Under the pieces are notes generated by a model. That model was not told the origin of the DNA. It worked only from the letters and a program-made list of their open reading frames with translations, and ran no database searches. Source: Euprymna scolopes (taxonomy: Eukaryota). From it: a DNA stretch of 64,000 nucleotides. The stretch lies in the NCBI GenBank assembly GCA_053919585.1, contig CM132825.1; one strand, given 5' to 3'. The position numbers and the translations under genes were made by a program. Positions 40,276 through 55,440 of the stretch are shown one piece after another. Numbering within the stretch: the first letter of the stretch is position 1; every line of letters begins with the position of its first letter.

Positions 40276-43200
40276 ATGAGAATACAGTATTTACATGAAC
40301 ACCGTTTTAGAGATAAGTGTCAAAAACTAACAACATTACCTATAAACACTGATAATTTCATGAGAATACAGTATTTACATGAACACCGTTTTAGAGATAA
40401 GTGTCAAAAATTTAAAACATTACCTATAAACACTGATAATTTCATGAGAATACAGTATTTACATGAACACCGTTTTAGAAATAAGTGTCAAAAACTAAAA
40501 ACATTACCTATAAACACTGATAATTTCATGAGAATACAGTATTTACATGAACACCGTTTTAGAGATAAGTCCCAAAAACTAAAAACATTACCTATAAACA
40601 CTGATAATTTCATGAGATTACAGTATTTACATGAACACCGTTTTAGAGATAAGTGTCAAAAATTAAAAACATTACCTATAAACACTGATAATTTCATGAG
40701 AATACAGTATTTACATGAACAGCGTTTTAGAGATAAGTGTCAAAAATTAAAAACATTACCTATAAACACTGATAATTTCATGAGAATACAGTATTTACAT
40801 GAACACCGTTTTAGAGATAAGTGTCAAAAATTAAAAACATTACCTATAAACACTGATAATTTCATGAGAATACAGTATTTACATGAACACCGTTTTAGAA
40901 ATAAGTGTCAAAAACTAAAAACATTACCTATAAACACTGATAATTTCATGAGAATACAGTATTAACATGAACACCGTTTTAGAGATAAGTGTCAAAAACT
41001 AAAAACATTACCTATAAACACTGATAATTTCATGAGATTACAGTATTTACATGAACACCGTTTTAGAGATAAGTGTCAAAAATTAAAAACATTACCTATA
41101 AACACTGATAATTTCATGAGAATACAGTATTTACATGAACACCGTTTTAGAGATAAGTGTCAAAAATTAAAAACATTACCTATAAACACTGATAATTTCA
41201 TGAGAATACAGTATTTACATGAACACCGTTTTAGAAATAAGTGTCAAAAACTAAAAACATTACCTATAAACACTGATAATTTCATGAGAATTCAGTATTT
41301 ACATGTCCACCGTTTTAGAGATAAGTGTCAAAAACTAAAAACATTACCTATAAACACTGATAATTTCATGAGAATACAGTATTTACATGAACACCGTTTT
41401 AGAGATAAGTGTCAAAAATTAAAAACATTACCTATAAACACTGATAATTTCATGAGAATACAGTATTTACATGAACACCGTTTTAGAAATAAGTGTCAAA
41501 AATTAAAAACATTACCTATAAACACTGATAATTTCATGAGAATACAGTATTTACATGAACACCGTTTTAGAGATAAGTGTCAAAAATTAAAAACATTACC
41601 TATAAACACTGATAATTTCATGAGAATACAGTATTTACATGAACACCGTTTTAGAAATAAGTGTCAAAAATTAAAAACATTACCTATAAACACTGATAAT
41701 TTCATGAGAATACAGTATTTACATGAACACCGTTTTAGAGATAAGTGTCAAAAACTAAAAACATTACCTATAAACACTGATAATTTCATGAGAATACAGT
41801 ATTTACATGAACACCGTTTTAGAGATAAGTGTCAAAAATTAAAAACATTACCTATAAACACTGATAATTTCATGAGAATACAGTATTTACATGAACACCG
41901 TTTTAGAGATAAGTGTCAAAAACTAAAAACATTACCTATAAACACTGATAATTTCATGAGAATACAGTATTTACATGAACACCGTTTTAGAGATAAGTGT
42001 CAAAAACTAAAAACATTACCTATAAACACTGATAATTTCATGAGATTACAGTATTTACATGAACACCGTTTTAGAGATAAGTGTCAAAAATTAAAAACAT
42101 TACCTATAAACACGGATAATTTCATGAGAATACAGTATTTACATGAACACCGTTTTAGAGATAAGTGTCAAAAATTAAAAACATTACCTATAAACACTGA
42201 TAATTTCATGAGAATACAGTATTTACATGAACACCGTTTTAGAAATAAGTGTCAAAAACTAAAAACATTACCTATAAACACTGATAATTTCATGAGAATA
42301 CAGTATTTACATGAACACCGTTTTAGAGATAAGTGTCAAAAATTAAAAACATTACCTATAAACACTGATAATTTCATGAGAATACAGTATTTACATGAAC
42401 CCCGTTTTAGAGATAAGTGTCAAAAACTAAAAACATTACCTATAAACACTGATAATTTCATGAGAATACAGTATTTACATGAACACCACTTTAGAGATAA
42501 GTGTCAAAAATTAAAAACATTACCTATAAACACTGATAAGTTCATGAGAATACAGTATTTACATGAACACCGTTTTAGAGATAAGTGTCAAAAACTAAAA
42601 ACATTACCTATAAACACTGATAATTTCATGAGAATACAGAATTTACATGAACACCGTTTTAAAGATAAGTGTCAAAAACTAAAAACATTACCTATAAACA
42701 CTGATAATTTCATGAGAATACAGTATTTACATGAACACCGTTTTAGAGATAAGTGTCAAAAACTAAAAACATTACCTATAAACACTGATAATTTCATGAG
42801 AATACAGTATTTACATGACCACCGTTATAGAGATAAGTGTCAAAAACTAAAAACATTACCTATAAACACTGATAATTTCATGAGAATACAGTATTTACCT
42901 GAACACCGTTTTAGAGATAAGTGTCAAAAATTAAAAACATTACCTATAAACACTGATAATTTCATGAGAATACAGTATTTACATGAACACCGTTTAAGAG
43001 ATAAGTTCAAACACCAAAACCTTACCTATAAACACTGATAATTTCATGAGAATACAGTATTTACATGAACACCGTTTTGGAGATAAGTGTCAAAAACTAA
43101 AAACATTACCTATAAACACTGATAATTTCATGAGAATTCAGTATTTACATGAACACCGTTTTAGAGATAAGTGTCAAAAACTAAAAACATTACCTATAAA

Positions 43201-46200
43201 CACTGATAAGTTCATGAGAATACAGTATTTACATGAACACCGTTTTAGAGATAAGTGTCAAAAATTAAAAACATTACCTATAAACACTGATAATTTCATG
43301 AGAATACAGTATTTACATGAACACCGTTTTAGAGAAATGGCCAAAAATTAAAAACATTACCTATAAACACTGATAATTTCATGAGAATACAGTATTTACA
43401 TGAACACCATTTTAGAGATAAGTGTCAAAAATTAAAAACATTACCTATAAACACTGATAAGTTCATGAGAATACAGTATTTACATGAACACCGTTTAAGA
43501 GATAAGTGTCAAAAATTTAAAACATTACCTATAAACACTGATAATTTCATGAGAATACAGTATTTATATGAACACCGTTTTAGAGATAAGTGTCAAAAAT
43601 TAAAAACATTACCTATAAACACTGATAATTTCATGAGAATACAGTATTTATATGAACACCGTTTTAGAGATAAGTGTCAAAAATTAAAAACATTACCTAT
43701 AAACACTGATAAGTTCATGAGAATACAGTATTTATATGAACACCGTTTTAGAGATAAGTGTCAAAAATTAAGAATATTACCTATAAACACTGATAATTTC
43801 ATGAGAATACAGTATTTACATGAACACCGTTTTAGAGATAAGTGTCAAACATTTAAAACATTACCTATAAACACTGATAATTTCATGAGAATAAAGAATT
43901 TACATGAACACCGTTTTAGAGATAAGTGTCAAAAACAAAAAACATTACCTATAAACACTGATAATTTCATGAGAATACAGTATTTAAATGAACACCATTT
44001 TAGAGATAGTGTCAAAAATTAAAAACATTACCTATAAACACTGATAATTTCATGAGAATACAGTATTTACATGAACACCGTTTTAGAGATAAGTGTCAAA
44101 CACTAAAAAAATTACCTATAAACACTGATAATTTCATGAGAATTCAGTATTTACATGAACACCGTTTTAGAGATAAGTGTCCAAAAATAAAAACATTACC
44201 TATAAACACTGAAAATTTCATGAGAATACAATATTTACATGAACACCGTTTTAGAGATAAGTGTCAAAAATTAAAAACATTACCTATAAACACTGATAAG
44301 TTCATGAGAATACAGTATTTACATGAACACCGTTTTAGAGATAAGTGTCAAAAACTAAAAACATTTCCTATAAACACTGATAATTTCATGAGAATACAGT
44401 ATTTACATGAACACCGTTTAAAAGATAAGTGTCAAAAATTAAAAACATTACCTATATACACTGATAAGTTCATGAGAATACAGTATTTACATGAACACCG
44501 TTTTAGAGATAAGTGTCAAAAATTTAAAACATTACCTATAAACACTGATAATCTCATGAGAATACAGTATTTATATGAACACCGTTTTAGAGATAAGTGT
44601 CAAAAACTAAAAACATTACCTATAAACACTGATAATTTCATGAGAATACAGTATTTATATGAACACCGTTTTAGAGATAAGTGTCAAAAATTAAAAACAT
44701 TACCTATAAACACTGATAATTTCATGAGAATACAGTATTTATATGAACACCGTTTAAGAGATAAGTGTCAAAAATTAAAAACGTTACCTATAAACACTGA
44801 TAATTTCATGAGAATACAGTATTTATATGAACACCGTTTTAGAGATAAGTGTCAAAAATTAAAAACATTACCTATAAACACTGATAATTTCATGAGAAGA
44901 CAGTATTTACATGAACACCGTTTTAGAGATAAGTGTCAAAAATTTATAACATTACCTATAAACACTGATAATTTCATGAGATGACAGTATTTACATGAAC
45001 ACCGTTTTAGAGATAAGTGTCAAAAACTAAAAACATTACCTATCAACACTGATAATTTCATGAGAATACAGTATTTACATGAACACCGTTTTAGAGATAA
45101 GTGTCAAAAAATAAAAACATTACCTATAAACACTGATAATTTCATGAGAATTCAGTATTTACATGAACACCGTTTTAGAGATAAGTGTCAAAAATTAAAA
45201 ACATTACCTATAAACACTGATAATTTCATGAGAATACAGTATTTACATGAACACCGTTTTAGAGATAAGTGTCAAAAATTAAAAACATTACCTATAAACA
45301 CTGATAATTTCATGAGAATACAGTATTTACATGAACACCGTTTTAGAGACAAGTGTCAAAAATTAAAAACATTACCTATAAACACTGATAATTTCATGAG
45401 AATACAGTATTTACATGAACACCGTTTTAGAGATAAGTGTCAAAAACTAAAAACATTACCTATAAACACTGATAATTTAATGAGAATTCAGTATTTACAT
45501 GAACACCGTTTTAGAGATAAGTGTCAAAAATTAAAAACATTACCTATAAACACTGATAATTTCATGAGAATACAGTATTTACATGAACACCGTTTTAGAG
45601 ATAAGTGTCAAAAACTAAAAACATTACCTATAAACACTGATAATTTCATGAGAATTCAGTAGTTACATGAACACCGTTTTAGAGATAAGTGTCACAAATT
45701 AAAAACATTACCTATAAACACTGATAATTTCATGAGAATACAGTATTTACATGAACACCGTTTAAGAGATAAGTGTCAAAAACTAAAAACATTACCTATA
45801 AACACTGATAATTTCATGAGAATACAGTATTTACATGAACACCGTTTTAGAGATAAGTGTCAAAAACTAAAAACATTACCTATAAACACTGATAATTTCA
45901 TGAGAATACAGTATTTACATGAACACCATTTTAGAGATAAGTGTCAAAAATTAAAAACATTACCTATAAACACTGATAAGTTCATGAGAATACAGTATTT
46001 ACATGAACACCGTTTTAGAGATAAGTGTCAAAAATTTAAAACATTACCTATAAACACTGATAATTTCATGAGAATACAGTATTTATATGAACACCGTTTT
46101 AGAGATAAGTGTCAAAAACTAAAAACATTACCTATAAACACTGATAATTTCATGAGAATACAGTATTAACATGAACACCGTTTTAGAGATAAGTGTCAAA

Positions 46201-48699
46201 AACTAAAAACATTACCTATAAACACTGACAATTTCATGAGAATACAGTATTTACATGAACACCGTTTTAGAGATAAGTGTCAACAACTAAAAACATTACC
46301 TATAAACACTGATAATTTCATGAGAATACAGTATTTATATGAACACCGTTTTAGAGATAAGTGTCAAAAATTAAAAACATTACCTATAAACACTGATAAT
46401 TTCATGAGAATACAGTATTTACATGAACACCGTTTTAGAGATAAGTGTCAAAAATTTAAAACATTACCTATAAACACTGATAATTTCATGAGATGACAGT
46501 ATTTACATGAACACCGTTTTAGAGATAAGTGTCAAAAACTAAAAACATTACCTATCGACACTGATAATTTCATGAGAATACAGTATTTACATGAACACCG
46601 TTTTAGAGATAAGTGTCAAAAAATAAAAACATTACCTATAAACACTGATAAGTTTATGAGAATTCAGTATTTACATGAACACCGTTTTAGAGATAAGTGT
46701 CAAAAATTAAAAACATTACCTATAAACACTGATAATTTCATGAGAATACAGTATTTACATGAACACCGTTTTAGAGATAAGTGTCAAAAACTAAAAACAT
46801 TACCTATAAACACTGATAATTTAATGAGAATTCAGTATTTACATGAACACCGTTTTAGAGATAATGTCAAAAATTAAAAACATTACCTATAAACACTGAT
46901 AATTTCATGAGAATACAGTATTTACATGAACACCGTTTTAGAGATAAGTGTCAAAAACTAAAAACATTACCTATAAACACTGATAATTTCATGAGAATTC
47001 AGTATTTACATGAACACCGTTTTAGAGATAAGTGTCAAATATTAAAAACATTACCTATAAACACTGATAATTTCATGAGAATACAGTATTTACATGAACA
47101 CCGTTTAAGAGATAAGTGTCAAAAACTAAAAACATTACCTATAAACACTGATAATTTCATGAGAATACAGTATTTACATGAACACCGTTTTAGAGATAAG
47201 TGTCAAACACTAAAAAAATTACCTATAAACACTGATAATTTCATGAGAATTCAGTATTTACATGAACACCGTTTTAGAGATAAGTGTCCAAAAATAAAAA
47301 CATTACCTATAAACACTGATAATTTCATGAGAATACAGTATTTACATGAACACCGTTTTAGAGATAAGTGTCAAACATTAAAAACATTACCTATAAACAC
47401 TGATAATTTCATGAGAATACAGTATTTACATGAACACCGTTTTAGAGAAATGGCCAAAAATTAAAAACATTACCTATAAACACTGATAATTTCATGAGAA
47501 TACAGTATTTACATGAACACCGTTTTAGAGATAAGTGTCAAAAACTAAAAACATTACCTATAAACACTGATAATTTCATGAGAATACAGTATTTACATGA
47601 ACACCGTTTAAGAGATAAGTGTCAAAAATTAAAAACATTACCTATAAACACTGATAAGTTCATGAGAATACAGTATTTACATGAACACCGTTTTAGAGAT
47701 AAGTGTCAAAAATTTAAAACATTACCTATAAACACTGATAATCTCATGAGAATACAGTATTTATATGAACACCGTTTTAGAGATAAGTGTCAAAAACTAA
47801 AAACATTACCTATAAACACTGATAATTTCATGAGAATACAGTATTTATATGAACACCGTTTTAGATATAAGTGTCAAAAATTAAAAACATTACCTATAAA
47901 CACTGATAATTTCATGAGAATACAGTATTTATATGAACACCGTTTAAGAGATAAGTGTCAAAAATTTAAAACATTACCTATAAACACTGATAATTTCATG
48001 AGAATACAGTATTTACATGATCACCGTTTTAGAGATAAGTGTCAAAAATTAAAAACATTACCTATAAACACTGATAATTTCATGAGAATACAGTATTTAC
48101 ATGAACACCGTTTTAGAGAAATGGCCAAAAATTAAAAACATTACCTATAAACACTGATAATTTCATGAGAATACAGTATTTACATGAACACCGTTTTAGA
48201 GATAAGTGTCAAAAACTAAAAACATTACCTATAAACACTGATAATTTCATGAGAATACAGTATTTACATGAACACCGTTTAAGAGATAAGTGTCAAAAAT
48301 TAAAAACATTACCTATAAACACTGATAAGTTCATGAGAATACAGTATTTACATGAACACCGTTTTAGAGATAAGTGTCAAAAATTTCAAACATTACCTAT
48401 AAACACTGATAATCTCATGAGAATACAGTATTTATATGAACACCGTTTTAGAGATAAGTGTCAAAAACTAAAAACATTACCTATAAACACTGATAATTTC
48501 ATGAGAATACAGTATTTATATGAACACCGTTTTAGAGATAAGTGTCAAAAATTAAAAACATTACCTATAAACACTGATAATTTCATGAGAATACAGTATT
48601 TATATGAACACCGTTTAAGAGATAAGTGTCAAAAATTAAAAACATTACCTATAAACACTGATAATTTCATGAGAATACAGTATTTATATGAACACCGTT

Positions 48700-51600
48700 T
48701 TAGAGATAAGTGTCAAAAATTAAAAACATTACCTATAAACACTGATAAGTTCATGAGAAGACAGTATTTACATGAACACCGTTTTAGAGATAAGTGTCAA
48801 ACATTTCAAACATTACCTATAAACACTGATAATTTCATGAGAATACAGTATTTACATGAACACCGTTTTAGAGATAAGTGTCAAAAACTAAAAACATTAC
48901 CTATAAACACTGATAATTTCATGAGAATACAGTATTTACATGAACACCGTTTTAGAGATAAGTGTCAAAAACTAAAAACATTACCTATAAACACTGATAA
49001 TTTCATGAGAATACAGTATTAACATGAACACCGTTTTAGAGATAAGTGTCAAAAACTAAAAACATTACCAATAAACACTGATAATTTCATGAGAATACAG
49101 TATTTACATGAACACCGTTTTAGAGATAAGTGTCAAAAATTAAAAACATTACCTATAAACACTGATAATTTCATGAGAATACAGTATTTATATGAACACC
49201 GTTTTAGAGATAAGTGTCAAAAACTAAAAACATTACCTATAAACACTGATAATTTCATGAGAATACAGTATTAACATGAACACCGTTTTAGAGATAAGTG
49301 TCAAAAACTAAAAACATTACCTATAAACACTGATAATTTCATGAGAATACAGTATTTACATGAACACCGTTTTAGAGATAAGTGTCAAAAATTTAAAACA
49401 TTACCTATAAACACTGATAATTTCATGAGAATACAGTATTTATATGAACACCGTTTTAGAGATAAGTGTAAAAAACTAAAAACATTACCTATAAACACTG
49501 ATAATTTCATGAGAATACAGTATTTATATGAACACCGTTTTAGAGATAAGTGTGAAAAATTAAAAACATTACCTATAAACACTGATAATTTCATGAGAAT
49601 ACAGTATTTACATGAACACCGTTTAAGAGATAAGTGTCAAAAATTAAAAACATTACCTATAAACACTGATAATTTCATGAGAATACAGTATTTCCATGAA
49701 CACCGTTTTAGAGATAAGTGTCAAAAATTAAAAACATTACCTATAAACACTGATAATTTCATGAGAATACAGTATTTATATGAACACCGTTTGAGAGATA
49801 AGTGTCAAAAATTAAAAACATTACCTATAAACACTGATAATTTCATGAGAATACAGAATTTACATGAACACCGTTTTAGAGATAAGTGTCAAAAACTAAA
49901 AACATTACCTATAAACACTGATAATTTCATGAGAATAACGTATTTACATGAACACCGTTTAAGAGATAAGTGTCAAAAATTAAAACATTACCTATAAACA
50001 CTGATAATTTCATGAGAATACAGTATTTACATGAACACCGTTTTAGAGATAAGTGTCAAAAATTAAAAACATTACCTATAAACACTGATAATTTCATGAG
50101 AATACAGTATTTACATGAACACCGTTTTAGAGATAAGTGTCAAAAATTAAAAACATTACCTATAAACACTGATAATTTCATGAGAATACAGTATTTACAT
50201 GAACACCGTTTAAGAGATAAGTGTCAAAAATTTAAAACATTACCTATAAACACTGATAATTTCATGAGAATACAGTATTTACATGAACACCGTTTTAGAG
50301 ATAAGTGTCAAAAATTAAAAACATTACCTATAAACACTGATAATTTCATGAGAATACAGTATTTACATGAACACCGTTTTAGAGATAAGTGTCAAAAACT
50401 AAAAACATTATCTATAAACACTGATAATTTCATGAAAATACAGTATTTACATGAACACCGTTTAAGAGATAAGTGTCAAAAACTAAAAACATTACCTATA
50501 AACACTGATAATTTCATGAGAATACAGTATTTACATGAACACCGTTGTAGAGATAGGTATCAAAAACTAAAAACATTACCTATAAACACTGATAAGTTCA
50601 TGAGAATACAGAATTTACATGAACACCGTTTTAGAGATAAGTGTCAAAAATTAAAAACATTACCTATAAACACTGATAATTTCATGAGAATACAGAATTT
50701 ACATGAACACCGTTTTAGAGATAAGTGTCAAAAACTAAAAACATTACCTATAAACACTGATAATTTCATGAGAATACAGTATTTACATGAACACCGTTTT
50801 AGAGATAAGTGTCAAAAATTAAAAACATTACCTATAAACACTGATAATTTCATGAGAATACAGAATTTACATGAACACCGTTTTAGAGATAAGTGTCAAA
50901 AACTAAAAACATTACCTATAAACACTGATAATTTCATGAGAATACAGTATTTACATGAACACCGTTTTAGAGATAAGTGTCAAAAACTAAAAACATTACC
51001 TATAAACACTGATAATTTCATGAGAATACAGTATTAACATGAACACCGTTTTAGAGATAAGTGTCAAAAACTAAAAACATTACCAATAAACACTGATAAT
51101 TTCATGAGAATACAGTATTTACATGAACACCGTTTTAGAGATAAGTGTCAAAAATTTAAAACATTACCTATAAACACTGATAATTTCATGAGAATACAGT
51201 ATTTATATGAACACCGTTTTAGAGATAAGTGTCAAAAACTAAAAACATTACCTATAAACACTGATAATTTCATGAGAATACAGTATTAACATGAACACCG
51301 TTTTAGAGATAAGTGTCAAAAACTAAAAACATTACCTATAAACACTGATAATTTCATGAGAATACAGTATTTACATGAACACCGTTTTAGAGATAAGTGT
51401 CAAAAATTTAAAACATTACCTATAAACACTGATAATTTCATGAGAATACAGTATTTATATGAACACCGTTTTAGAGATAAGTGTAAAAAACTAAAAACAT
51501 TACCTATAAACACTGATAATTTCATGAGAATACAGTATTTATATGAACACCGTTTTAGAGATAAGTGTCAAAAATTAAAAACATTACCTATAAACACTGA

Positions 51601-54600
51601 TAATTTCATGAGAATACAGTATTTATATGAACACCGTTTTAGAGATAAGTGTCAAAAATTAAAAACATTACCTATAAACACTGATAAGTTCATGAGAAGA
51701 CAGTATTTACATGAACACCGTTTTAGAGATAAGTGTCAAACATTTCAAACATTACCTATAAACACTGATAATTTCATGAGAATACAGTATTTACATGAAC
51801 ACCGTTTTAGAGATAAGTGTCAAAAACTAAAAACATTACCTATAAACACTGATAATTTCATGAGAATACAGTATTTACATGAACACCGTTTTAGAGATAA
51901 GTGTCAAAAACTAAAAACATTACCTATAAACACTGATAATTTCATGAGAATACAGTATTAACATGAACACCGTTTTAGAGATAAGTGTCAAAAACTAAAA
52001 ACATTACCAATAAACACTGATAATTTCATGAGAATACAGTATTTACATGAACACCGTTTTAGAGATAAGTGTCAAAAATTTAAAACATTACCTATAAACA
52101 CTGATAATTTCATGAGAATACAGTATTTATATGAACACCGTTTTAGAGATAAGTGTCAAAAACTAAAAACATTACCTATAAACACTGATAATTTCATGAG
52201 AATACAGTATTAACATGAACACCGTTTTAGAGATAAGTGTCAAAAACTAAAAACATTACCTATAAACACTGATAATTTCATGAGAATACAGTATTTACAT
52301 GAACACCGTTTTAGAGATAAGTGTCAAAAATTTAAAACATTACCTATAAACACTGATAATTTCATGAGAATACAGTATTTATATGAACACCGTTTTAGAG
52401 ATAAGTGTAAAAAACTAAAAACATTACCTATAAACACTGATAATTTCATGAGAATACAGTATTTATATGAACACCGTTTTAGAGATAAGTGTGAAAAATT
52501 AAAAACATTACCTATAAACACTGATAATTTCATGAGAATACAGTATTTACATGAACACCGTTTAAGAGATAAGTGTCAAAAATTAAAAACATTACCTATA
52601 AACACTGATAATTTCATGAGAATACAGTATTTCCATGAACACCGTTTTAGAGATAAGTGTCAAAAATTAAAAACATTACCTATAAACACTGATAATTTCA
52701 TGAGAATACAGTATTTATATGAACACCGTTTGAGAGATAAGTGTCAAAAATTAAAAACATTACCTATAAACACTGATAATTTCATGAGAATACAGAATTT
52801 ACATGAACACCGTTTTAGAGATAAGTGTCAAAAACTAAAAACATTACCTATAAACACTGATAATTTCATGAGAATAACGTATTTACATGAACACCGTTTA
52901 AGAGATAAGTGTCAAAAACTAAAAACATTACCTATAAACACTCATAATTTCATGAGAATACAGTATTTACATGAACACCGTTTTAGAGATAAGTGTCAAA
53001 CATTAAAAACATTTCCTATAAACACTGATAATTTCATGAGAATACAGTATTTACATGAACACCGTTTTAGAGATAAGTGTCCAAAATTAAAAACATTACC
53101 TATAAACACTGATAATTTCATGAGAATACAGTATTTACATGAACACCGTTTAAGAGATAAGTGTCAAAAATTAAAACATTACCTATAAACACTGATAATT
53201 TCATGAGAATACAGTATTTACATGAACACCGTTTTAGAGATAAGTGTCAAAAATTAAAAACATTACCTATAAACACTGATAATTTCATGAGAATACAGTA
53301 TTTACATGAACACCGTTTTAGAGATAAGTGTCAAAAATTAAAAACATTACCTATAAACACTGATAATTTCATGAGAATACAGTATTTACATGAACACCGT
53401 TTAAGAGATAAGTGTCAAAAATTTAAAACATTACCTATAAACACTGATAATTTCATGAGAATACAGTATTTACATGAACACCGTTTTAGAGATAAGTGTC
53501 AAAAATTAAAAACATTACCTATAAACACTGATAATTTCATGAGAATACAGTATTTACATGAACACCGTTTTAGAGATAAGTGTCAAAAACTAAAAACATT
53601 ATCTATAAACACTGATAATTTCATGAAAATACAGTATTTACATGAACACCGTTTAAGAGATAAGTGTCAAAAACTAAAAACATTACCTATAAACACTGAT
53701 AATTTCATGAGAATACAGTATTTACATGAACACCGTTGTAGAGATAGGTATCAAAAACTAAAAACATTACCTATAAACACTGATAAGTTCATGAGAATAC
53801 AGAATTTACATGAACACCGTTTTAGAGATAAGTGTCAAAAATTAAAAACATTACCTATAAACACTGATAATTTCATGAGAATACAGAATTTACATGAACA
53901 CCGTTTTAGAGATAAGTGTCAAAAACTAAAAACATTACCTATAAACACTGATAATTTCATGAGAATACAGTATTTACATGAACACCGTTTTAGAGATAAG
54001 TGTCAAAAATTAAAAACATTACCTATAAACACTGATAATTTCATGAGAATACAGAATTTACATGAACACCGTTTTAGAGATAAGTGTCAAAAACTAAAAA
54101 CATTACCTATAAACACTGATAATTTCATGAGAATACAGTATTTACATGAACACCGTTTTAGAGATAAGTGTCAAAAACTAAAAACATTACCTATAAACAC
54201 TGATAATTTCATGAGAATACAGTATTAACATGAACACCGTTTTAGAGATAAGTGTCAAAAACTAAAAACATTACCAATAAACACTGATAATTTCATGAGA
54301 ATACAGTATTTACATGAACACCGTTTTAGAGATAAGTGTCAAAAATTTAAAACATTACCTATAAACACTGATAATTTCATGAGAATACAGTATTTATATG
54401 AACACCGTTTTAGAGATAAGTGTCAAAAACTAAAAACATTACCTATAAACACTGATAATTTCATGAGAATACAGTATTAACATGAACACCGTTTTAGAGA
54501 TAAGTGTCAAAAACTAAAAACATTACCTATAAACACTGATAATTTCATGAGAATACAGTATTTACATGAACACCGTTTTAGAGATAAGTGTCAAAAATTT

Positions 54601-55440
54601 AAAACATTACCTATAAACACTGATAATTTCATGAGAATACAGTATTTATATGAACACCGTTTTAGAGATAAGTGTAAAAAACTAAAAACATTACCTATAA
54701 ACACTGATAATTTCATGAGAATACAGTATTTATATGAACACCGTTTTAGAGATAAGTGTCAAAAATTAAAAACATTACCTATAAACACTGATAATTTCAT
54801 GAGAATACAGTATTTACATGAACACCGTTTAAGAGATAAGTGTCAAAAATTAAAAACATTACCTATAAACACTGATAATTTCATGAGAATACAGTATTTC
54901 CATGAACACCGTTTTAGAGATAAGTGTCAAAAATTAAAAACATTACCTATAAACACTGATAATTTCATGAGAATACAGTATTTATATGAACACCGTTTGA
55001 GAGATAAGTGTCAAAAACTAAAAACATTACCTATAAACACTGATAATTTCATGAGAATACAGAATTTACATGAACACCGTTTTAGAGATAAGTGTCAAAA
55101 ACTAAAAACATTACCTATAAACACTGATAATTTCATGAGAATAACGTATTTACATGAACACCGTTTAAGAGATAAGTGTCAAAAACTAAAAACATTACCT
55201 ATAAACACTGATAATTTCATGAGAATACAGTATTTACATGAACACCGTTTTAGAGATAAGTGTCAAACATTAAAAACATTTCCTATAAACACTGATAATT
55301 TCATGAGAATACAGTATTTACATGAACACCGTTTTAGAGATAAGTGTCCAAAATTAAAAACATTACCTATAAACACTGATAATTTCATGAGAATACAGTA
55401 TTTACATGAACACCGTTTAAGAGATAAGTGTCAAAAATTA
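48700..55440 (+). repeat. Higher-order repeat domain 2 (11-, 24-, 27-, 35-, 38-mer periods)
   Basis: A different variant set (TACCAATAA, TTTCCATG, ATAACGTA, TGTAGAGATAGGTA, TGTGAAAA) recurs. Examples: ORFs 49970/53161 are identical (3191 bp apart), 49341/52280 are 2939 bp apart and 52280/54547 are 2267 bp apart. Confidence 0.9.

Noticed and set aside
49385-52533. Minus-strand ORFs MKLSVFIGNVFNF... and the consensus CSCKYC motif
   Set aside because: The consensus minus frame has a TGA in every monomer. These ORFs exist only where two adjacent variants remove it. No SECIS or other support for recoding was seen.
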